Below, piece after piece: positions 58,206-64,000 of a stretch of 64,000 nucleotides of DNA (the first letter of the stretch is position 1; each line of letters starts with the position of its first letter). The stretch is from an uncultured Gemmatimonadales bacterium (GTDB lineage: Bacteria > Gemmatimonadota > Gemmatimonadetes > Gemmatimonadales > GWC2-71-9). A program made the translations under genes and the position numbers. The stretch covers positions 32,001 through 96,000 of the forward strand of contig CAVVKJ010000014.1 of the NCBI GenBank assembly GCA_963748815.1, in the 5' to 3' direction. The notes beneath the pieces were generated by a model that was not told the DNA's origin, did no database searches, and worked only from the letters and a program-made list of their open reading frames with translations.

Positions 58206-58653
58206 CGCGGCGGCCCTGGCCGCCATCGAGCGCCGGTCGTTCTCGGATCCCTGGCCGCTCGAGGGGTTCGGGGAGGTGCTGCGGCTCCCCGGGACGGTCG
58301 CCCTCGTCATGACGGACGCCGACGCGCCAATCGCCTACTTCCTCGCCCGGGAAATCCTCGGGACCGCGGAGGTGCTCAACCTGGCCGTGGTGCCCGAGCT
58401 GCGCGGCCGGGGATTGGGCGCCAAACTGCTCGACGCCGGCCTCGCGGCGGTGCGGGCGCGCGGCGGGACGGAGGTCTTCCTCGAGGTGCGGGCGTCGAAC
58501 GCCGTGGCGCAGTCGCTCTATGCGGGTCGGGGTTTTCGAACCGAAGGGCGGCGGCGCGGATACTATCGGCACCCCGACGAGGACGCGCTGGTGCTTCGGC
58601 TGGTCATGGCGCCCGTGCGTTCAAATGATGGTGACGGCGAGGCATTGGTGTAG
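58165..58653 (+). CDS. rimI: ribosomal protein alanine N-acetyltransferase
   Basis: [23 protein letters not shown] and RRGYY..EDA motifs. Confidence 0.88.
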   Translation: MDRHSPIRPATFADAAALAAIERRSFSDPWPLEGFGEVLRLPGTVALVMTDADAPIAYFLAREILGTAEVLNLAVVPELRGRGLGAKLLDAGLAAVRARGGTEVFLEVRASNAVAQSLYAGRGFRTEGRRRGYYRHPDEDALVLRLVMAPVRSNDGDGEALV

Positions 58654-58725
58654 ATTTGGACTGTCAGGGGCAGTAGCGTATGGCTGTCCGCGGTCCCGAA
58701 CCCTGTTGATGCGTGGGAGGTCATT

Positions 58726-59202
58726 GTGAGTCGGAGTCTGAACAAGGTCCAGCTGATCGGGAATCTGGGGGCGGATCCGGAGGTGCGCAGCACCAACAAC
58801 GGCTCCCGCGTGGCCACGCTGTCGGTCGCCACCAGCCGCCAGTGGACCGGCAAGAGTGGCGACAAGCAGGAAAAGACGGAGTGGCACCGGGTCATTCTCT
58901 GGAACACCAATTTCAGCAAGCTGGCCGACATCGCCGAGAAGTACTGCAAGAAGGGCGACAAGGTCTACATCGAGGGCGCCATCGAGTACCGCACCTGGCA
59001 GGACCGCGAGGGGCAGACGAAGTACACCACCGAGATCAACGGGCGTGAACTGATCCTCCTCGGGGGGCGGAGCGGTGGGTCGTCCGACGAGTCGTACAGC
59101 GCGGCCAAGGTGGGCGCGGCGGCATCCGCCCCCAAGAAGGACGAGTCCTTCGACGATTTCCCCGAGGCGCTCGACGGCGAGGACGACGACCTGCCGTTCT
59201 AG
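58726..59202 (+). CDS. ssb: single-stranded DNA-binding protein
   Basis: LNKVQLIGNLGADPE, TEWHRV and C-terminal DDDLPF. Confidence 0.96.
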   Translation: MSRSLNKVQLIGNLGADPEVRSTNNGSRVATLSVATSRQWTGKSGDKQEKTEWHRVILWNTNFSKLADIAEKYCKKGDKVYIEGAIEYRTWQDREGQTKYTTEINGRELILLGGRSGGSSDESYSAAKVGAAASAPKKDESFDDFPEALDGEDDDLPF

Positions 59203-59225
59203 TCGGCCCGGAGTCGGGGGCAGGA

Positions 59226-59264
59226 GAGGCCGGCGGTGGGGGAGCGTCCCCTGCCGCCGGCCTC
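59226..59264 (+). terminator. GC-rich hairpin after ssb (no U-tract)
   Basis: GAGGCCGGCGG / CCGCCGGCCTC outer stem with GGGGA/TCCCC inner stem. Confidence 0.55.
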
Positions 59265-59474
59265 CGCATTCTCAGGGCAGGGCACAGCTCTTGCTTTTTC
59301 CTCGGGACAGTCGCTTCCGTCGCTCAGGAAGTGGAGCAGGTCCGGACCTCTTAGCTTTTGTCCCACAACGTGTTACATTGTGGGCAAGCCGGCGGCCCGA
59401 ACGCTGGATGGGACGTTGCAATTCACCGCAAGTCTCTCCGGAAACCGAAGCGCCTCTACACCACAAGGACACCC

Positions 59475-60719
59475 ATGGCTATGCGAAATGCGTCGACGGG
59501 GCAGTTCTCAGTGAGGGCTCTCCTGGCCGCCACCCTTCTGGTCGGCGTGCCGGTTGTTGCCTCAGCCCAGAACGCCTCCGTTCCGGAGACCCACACGGTC
59601 CGGAAGGGCGACACCCTCTGGGATCTGGCCAAGACGTACTTCGGTGATCCGCTCACCTGGCCCCAGATCTACAAGCTGAACACCGGCGTCATCGAGGACC
59701 CGCACTGGATCTATCCGGGCGAGGTGCTCCAGCTGGCTGGCAGCGGTGCCGGTGTCATTCCGGCGGAGCCTGCCCCGGTGGCAAATGCGCCGGCCCCCAT
59801 GGCGGATGCGGTGGCCCAGGCCCAGCCTCAGGCCCAGCCTCAGGCCCCGGATGCGCCCGCTGCCGCGGTCGAGCCCGAGGTGTACGCCGATACCCCGGCG
59901 CCGGCTCCCGGCGGCGGCGCGCGCGGTGCAGGCCCCATCCCGGGCGACCCCACGCGTCTCTTCGGCAAGACCAATCCGGAGGGCGCTTCCGCCGACCAGT
60001 TGGTGGCGTACGCCGAAAAGGCCTATCGTCCTCTTCGTCCGGGCGAGTTCTACAGCGCCGGTTTCCTCACCGAAAACCAGAAGCTGAGCTACGGCGAAGT
60101 GCTCGGGGATGTGGCGCCCCCGCAGGTGGCCAACCTGCAGCCACCGACCGCCGCCAGCCAATTCTCGCGGATCGGCATCATTCCGCCGAAGGGCGCCGCC
60201 TACCAGGTCGGCGACTCGCTCATGATCGCCAGGGTGGTCACCAGCTACGCCGGGTACGGCGATGTGGTCTGGCCCACCGGCCTGGCGCGCGTCATTGAGG
60301 TCGGACCCAAGCAGACCACCGCGATCGTCCTCAACCAGTACCAGCGGATCCGGATCGGGCAGGTGGCCCTTCCTCTCGAGCGATTCGTCCCGGGCGGTTC
60401 GGCGCGCGCCGTGCCGGTCGCGGACGGGATCGAGGCGAAAGTCGTCCAGGCCCGCTCCGAGAACATCCTGACCGAGCAGCAGTCGATCCTCTTCCTGGAC
60501 AAGGGTCGCGCGGACGGGGTGGCGCCGGGCGATGTCTTCGAGTTGTGGCGCACCCCCGAAGAGCGGTGGGACGCCGCCTCGACCGTCGCGGAGCCCATGG
60601 CTCGGCTCCAGGTCGTGCGGGTCGGTGAGCACACCTCCTCCGCGCTGGTCGTCCGGATCATCTCGGCGGACATCAGGCCGGGCACCACGGCCAAGCAGGT
60701 CGCCAAGCTGCCGAACTGA
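59475..60719 (+). CDS. LysM-domain exported protein (TsaP-like)
   Basis: Signal peptide; HTVRKGDTLWDLA..WPQIY..IEDPHWIYPG; C-terminal LDKGRADGV.PGD and VVRV...S.ALV. Confidence 0.82.
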   Translation: MAMRNASTGQFSVRALLAATLLVGVPVVASAQNASVPETHTVRKGDTLWDLAKTYFGDPLTWPQIYKLNTGVIEDPHWIYPGEVLQLAGSGAGVIPAEPAPVANAPAPMADAVAQAQPQAQPQAPDAPAAAVEPEVYADTPAPAPGGGARGAGPIPGDPTRLFGKTNPEGASADQLVAYAEKAYRPLRPGEFYSAGFLTENQKLSYGEVLGDVAPPQVANLQPPTAASQFSRIGIIPPKGAAYQVGDSLMIARVVTSYAGYGDVVWPTGLARVIEVGPKQTTAIVLNQYQRIRIGQVALPLERFVPGGSARAVPVADGIEAKVVQARSENILTEQQSILFLDKGRADGVAPGDVFELWRTPEERWDAASTVAEPMARLQVVRVGEHTSSALVVRIISADIRPGTTAKQVAKLPN

Positions 60720-60742
60720 GTTTGCCGGACGTTCGTACCCCG

Positions 60743-60793
60743 AGCACGCGGGGCTACCCACCCTATCCGGGTCGGTCCCGCGTGCTTCGTTTT
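60743..60793 (+). terminator. possible terminator after the LysM gene
   Basis: AGCACGCGGG / CCCGCGTGCT stem with a large loop, followed by TCGTTTT. Confidence 0.45.
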
Positions 60794-60815
60794 ACCCTCA
60801 CCCCTGAGGCAGGAT

Positions 60816-61763
60816 ATGGCTCGACGTGTCTTGGTCAGCGGCGGCGCCGGATTCATCGGCTCGCATATCGTGGAGGCGTACCTGGCCGCCGGCTGGGAGG
60901 TCACCGCGCTGGACGATCTCTCCCGCGGGAAGGCCTCCCAGGTGCCCGACGGCGTGCCGCTGATCGTGGCGGACATCCGGTCCGACCTGGCACGCACCAC
61001 GGTGGCCACCGGTGGCTTCGAGGTCGTCAACCACCACGCCGCGCAAATCGACGTGCGGTTCTCGGTTGAGCGCCCGTCGGCCGACGCCGACATCAACATT
61101 TCCGGCTTCGTCAACCTGCTCGAGGGCGCCGCCCAGGGCGGCGTCCGGCGCGTGGTCTTCGCCAGCAGCGGCGGGGTGGTCTACGGCAACCCGGACGTCA
61201 TTCCCACGCCCGAGTCCGCGCCCAAGCGGCCGGTCTCGCCGTACGGCGTCAGCAAGCTCGCGGGTGAGCACTACCTCCGGGCCCTCGCCGACCTGCACGG
61301 GTTCGAGGGGGTGGCCCTCCGGTACGCGAACGTCTGCGGGCCCCGCCAGGACCCCAAGTCCGAGGCAGGGGTGGTCTCCATCTTCGTGTCCCGCCTCCTG
61401 GCCGGTCAGCCGCTGGCCATCTTTGGAGACGGAACGCAGACGCGTGATTATGTTTCTGTTCTGGATGTCGCGCGCGCGAATGTGCTGGCGAGCACAGCGC
61501 CGCTGGCGTCCGGCGACGATCATGATACCCGCGCCTTCAACATCGCGACGGGCATCGAACGCTCGGTGCTGGACCTGGCCGAGGTGGCTGGCAAGGTGAC
61601 CGGGCGCAGCCCCGAATTGAAGATGGAAGCCGCGCGGCCGGGAGAAATCCTCCGGAGCGCGCTCGACCCGAAGAAGGCCGCCGACGGACTCGGCTGGCGG
61701 CCCGACGTGCCGTTCGACGACAATCTCGCGCTGCTCATGGATTGGTTCCAGACGGAGGGGTAA
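60816..61763 (+). CDS. NAD-dependent epimerase/dehydratase (UDP-glucose 4-epimerase-like)
   Basis: GGAGFIGSH, HHAAQIDVR, SPYGVSK, EAGVV and GDGTQTRDY motifs. Confidence 0.88.
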   Translation: MARRVLVSGGAGFIGSHIVEAYLAAGWEVTALDDLSRGKASQVPDGVPLIVADIRSDLARTTVATGGFEVVNHHAAQIDVRFSVERPSADADINISGFVNLLEGAAQGGVRRVVFASSGGVVYGNPDVIPTPESAPKRPVSPYGVSKLAGEHYLRALADLHGFEGVALRYANVCGPRQDPKSEAGVVSIFVSRLLAGQPLAIFGDGTQTRDYVSVLDVARANVLASTAPLASGDDHDTRAFNIATGIERSVLDLAEVAGKVTGRSPELKMEAARPGEILRSALDPKKAADGLGWRPDVPFDDNLALLMDWFQTEG

Positions 61764-62476
61764 TGCTCCTGCAGGTCGGTGGCGCGGTTCCGCGCTCGTC
61801 GTTAGAGCTTCTGCAACAGGCCGGCGGCGAGACCAAGATCGTCCTCGCGATTACCGCCCTCTTCTCCGTGGTCTCCTGGTTCATCATCGGTCTCAAGTGG
61901 TGGCAGTTCCGCCGGATCCGCCGACAGGCGGATCACTTCTTCACGGAGCTGGAGCGGACCACCCGCCTGCAGGAGGCGTACACCCTCCTGATGAAACAGC
62001 CCCCCTCCCCGTACAACCGGCTCTTCCGCGAGGGGATGAACTTCTACAGCGAGCTTCGGCCCGGCGCCCTGCGCGATGAGGCGCCCACCGCCCGGGCCTC
62101 GCTGACCATGACCCAGCTCGAAGCGCTCAAGATGGTGCTCGGCAAGGAAATCTCGGCGGAGCGCGAACTCGCCGCCCACCTCGTGCCCTGGCTCGCCACC
62201 ATCGGCGCCGTCAGCCCCCTGCTCGGCCTCCTCGGCACCGTCCTCGGCATCATGGATGCCTTCATCGGCATCGCCGCCAAGGGGTCCGGCAACATCGCCG
62301 CCGTCGCACCGGGCGTCGCCGAGGCGCTGATCACCACGGTGGCGGGCCTCGCCACCGCCATCCCCGCCATGATGGCCTACAACTTCTTCGTGCACCGGAC
62401 CCGGGTCTTCGCGGGGGAACTCGAAGGGTTCGCCAACGAGCTCATCGGTACTATGGCGCGCGAGGGGCTGCTCTAG
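61763..62476 (+). CDS. tolQ: TolQ/ExbB proton channel subunit
   Basis: LATIGAVSPLLGLLGTV and VAPGVAEALITT motifs. Confidence 0.88.
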   Translation: MLLQVGGAVPRSSLELLQQAGGETKIVLAITALFSVVSWFIIGLKWWQFRRIRRQADHFFTELERTTRLQEAYTLLMKQPPSPYNRLFREGMNFYSELRPGALRDEAPTARASLTMTQLEALKMVLGKEISAERELAAHLVPWLATIGAVSPLLGLLGTVLGIMDAFIGIAAKGSGNIAAVAPGVAEALITTVAGLATAIPAMMAYNFFVHRTRVFAGELEGFANELIGTMAREGLL

Positions 62477-62911
62477 GTGGCCGGCCGGATGGGGAGTCTG
62501 GGCGGTGGCGACGACGGTGACATGCACCTGAGCGCCGACATCAACGTCACCTCCCTGGTGGACGTGGCGTTCGTGCTGCTCATCATCTTCATGATTGCCG
62601 CGCCGCTGATGACGGGCGGCGTCGACGTGCAGCTGCCCCAGGCCGAGGCGAGGCCGCTTCCCTCGAAGGAGGGGATGGTCGTCTCGGTCGACCGCGAGGG
62701 CCGGATCTTCATCGACCAGACTCGCGTCACCTACAACGACTTTCGCGTCACCTTCCGGGCGCTGGTCGAGAGCCGGAAACCGTCCGGCGTGTATCTCCGA
62801 GCCGATCAGCGGGTGCCATACGGCGACGTCGTGCGCGTCCTCGCGGTCATCCGCAACAGCGGCATCAAGGATGTCGGGTTGGTGGCCGAGGAGGAGGATC
62901 AGACCAAGTGA
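62477..62911 (+). CDS. tolR: TolR/ExbD
   Basis: INVTSLVDVAFVLLIIFMI and LRADQRVPYG motifs. Confidence 0.88.
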   Translation: MAGRMGSLGGGDDGDMHLSADINVTSLVDVAFVLLIIFMIAAPLMTGGVDVQLPQAEARPLPSKEGMVVSVDREGRIFIDQTRVTYNDFRVTFRALVESRKPSGVYLRADQRVPYGDVVRVLAVIRNSGIKDVGLVAEEEDQTK

Positions 62912-63633
62912 GCCGTCCGGTGGCGGTGCGGCGGCGCGCGCCGGAGACGGCGGCGGGGGCGGCGGGCACCGCCCTGGTACATCTGACGGCGCTCGCACTG
63001 CTGATTGCCGGGGTGAAGACGCCTCCGCCGATGGCGCCGGTCTACGCGGTGGAACTGGTCGCGGCCCCCGCGCCCACGGCCAACAAGCGCCCCGCGCCCG
63101 AAGCGGTGACGCGTCCGGTGGAGCAGCCTGATCCCGGCCCGCCGGTGACCAAGCCGAACAAGGTCTCCCCGGTCCCCTCGGCCAAGGCGCCGCCGAAGCC
63201 GAAGTCCACGGCGCCGAAGACCACGACGACCCCGGTCAAGCGCGAGCCGGCGCCCAGGTCCGAGACGAAGGCGGTCCCGGCACCAGGCGAGACCCCGAGC
63301 ACCGGCACCGACGCGGTGAACATCAAGACCCCCGGCCTGCAGTTCGCCTATCCGGAGTACCTCCGGAACATCGTGGCGCAGGTCTATCGCCGCTGGGAAC
63401 GTCCCGGCGGGAACCAGAGCCTGCGGGCCGAGGTGAGTTTCTTCATTCTGCGGGATGGCAGCGTGCGTGACATTCGATTCGTGACTCCCTCCGGCAACTT
63501 CAGCTTTGACCTCAGCGCCCAGGGGGCGATCGAGGGCGCCGGGAAAGTGCGCGCCTTCGGCCCGCTCCCCGACGGCTACGAGGCGGATGTGCTGCCGGTC
63601 AGCTTCTTCTTCACGCCGCAGGCGGGCTCGTGA
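62908..63633 (+). CDS. TolA/TonB-like protein
   Basis: Transmembrane anchor with His, Pro/Lys-rich linker, C-terminal SGNFSFDLSA..FGPLP. Confidence 0.8.
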   Translation: MSRPVAVRRRAPETAAGAAGTALVHLTALALLIAGVKTPPPMAPVYAVELVAAPAPTANKRPAPEAVTRPVEQPDPGPPVTKPNKVSPVPSAKAPPKPKSTAPKTTTTPVKREPAPRSETKAVPAPGETPSTGTDAVNIKTPGLQFAYPEYLRNIVAQVYRRWERPGGNQSLRAEVSFFILRDGSVRDIRFVTPSGNFSFDLSAQGAIEGAGKVRAFGPLPDGYEADVLPVSFFFTPQAGS

Positions 63634-64000
63634 ATCGGCTGCTGATGGTGGGGCTGCTGTTGGCGGCCGCATCACCGGTGCTGGCGCAGGACCCGATTGA
63701 CCGTGGGGTGCGTGTCGGCATCACCTACCAGCCCGGCACCCGTCCCCGGCTCGTGATGCTTCCCGGGCCGGGCCTCGACTCGGTGCGCGCCATCATCCAG
63801 AGAGATCTCGATTTTAGCGACCGGTTCGAGGTGCTTCCGCTCGCCCCGGGCGGCGCGTCGGCGTCGTCGGCCGTCAACTATCAGCTTTACCGCTCACTGG
63901 GCGCCGAATACGGCGTCGAGGTCCGGGCGGACGCCGCCGGCGTCGCCGTGCGCCTGCACGACATCGGGGCGGGCACGGTGCGCCAGCAGCAGGCGTTCGC
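63630..64000 (+). CDS. tolB: TolB-like protein, 3' truncated by window edge
   Basis: Signal peptide, then IIQRDLDFSDRFEV (TolB N-terminal pattern); follows tolQ-tolR-tolA. Confidence 0.7.
   Translation, partial: MNRLLMVGLLLAAASPVLAQDPIDRGVRVGITYQPGTRPRLVMLPGPGLDSVRAIIQRDLDFSDRFEVLPLAPGGASASSAVNYQLYRSLGAEYGVEVRADAAGVAVRLHDIGAGTVRQQQAF

Noticed and set aside
59815..59848. 12-bp tandem repeat CAGGCCCAGCCT
   Set aside because: An in-frame QAQP linker repeat within the LysM protein; ordinary low complexity

Overview
GC-rich bacterial chromosomal segment, most likely Gemmatimonadota (inferred from gene content and protein style, not verified). It is almost entirely + strand housekeeping genes: inositol-lipid genes (CDP-alcohol transferase, ino1), a divergent membrane pyrophosphatase, a 2-oxoacid dehydrogenase E1a/E1b/E2 cluster, trxB, aspA, Rrf2-moeB, tRNA-Leu(CAG)/smpB, amidase, pyrD/pyrF, a stand-alone rpmJ-rpsM-rpsK-rpsD-rpoA-rplQ operon, rpmB, gmd-rmd-carB-murB, Wbp-like sugar genes, bamD-nadD-secA, radC-relA, uvrB-tsaE-tsaB-rimI-ssb, a TsaP-like LysM gene and tolQRAB. 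About a dozen genes, including essential secA, are split by frameshifts that are almost all +1, which most likely reflects read errors. The best novelty candidates are: (i) an accessory receptor Ser/Thr kinase paired with a Cys-rich lipoprotein built from an unrecognised ~200-aa domain repeated twice; (ii) a six-Cys zinc-finger micro-ORF between two REP-like hairpins; (iii) an uncharacterised Rossmann/Cys-cluster protein in a PHP-SDR operon; (iv) an 8-bp repeat found in a signal peptide, a linker and intergenic DNA. No CRISPR array, integrase, transposase or rRNA was seen.
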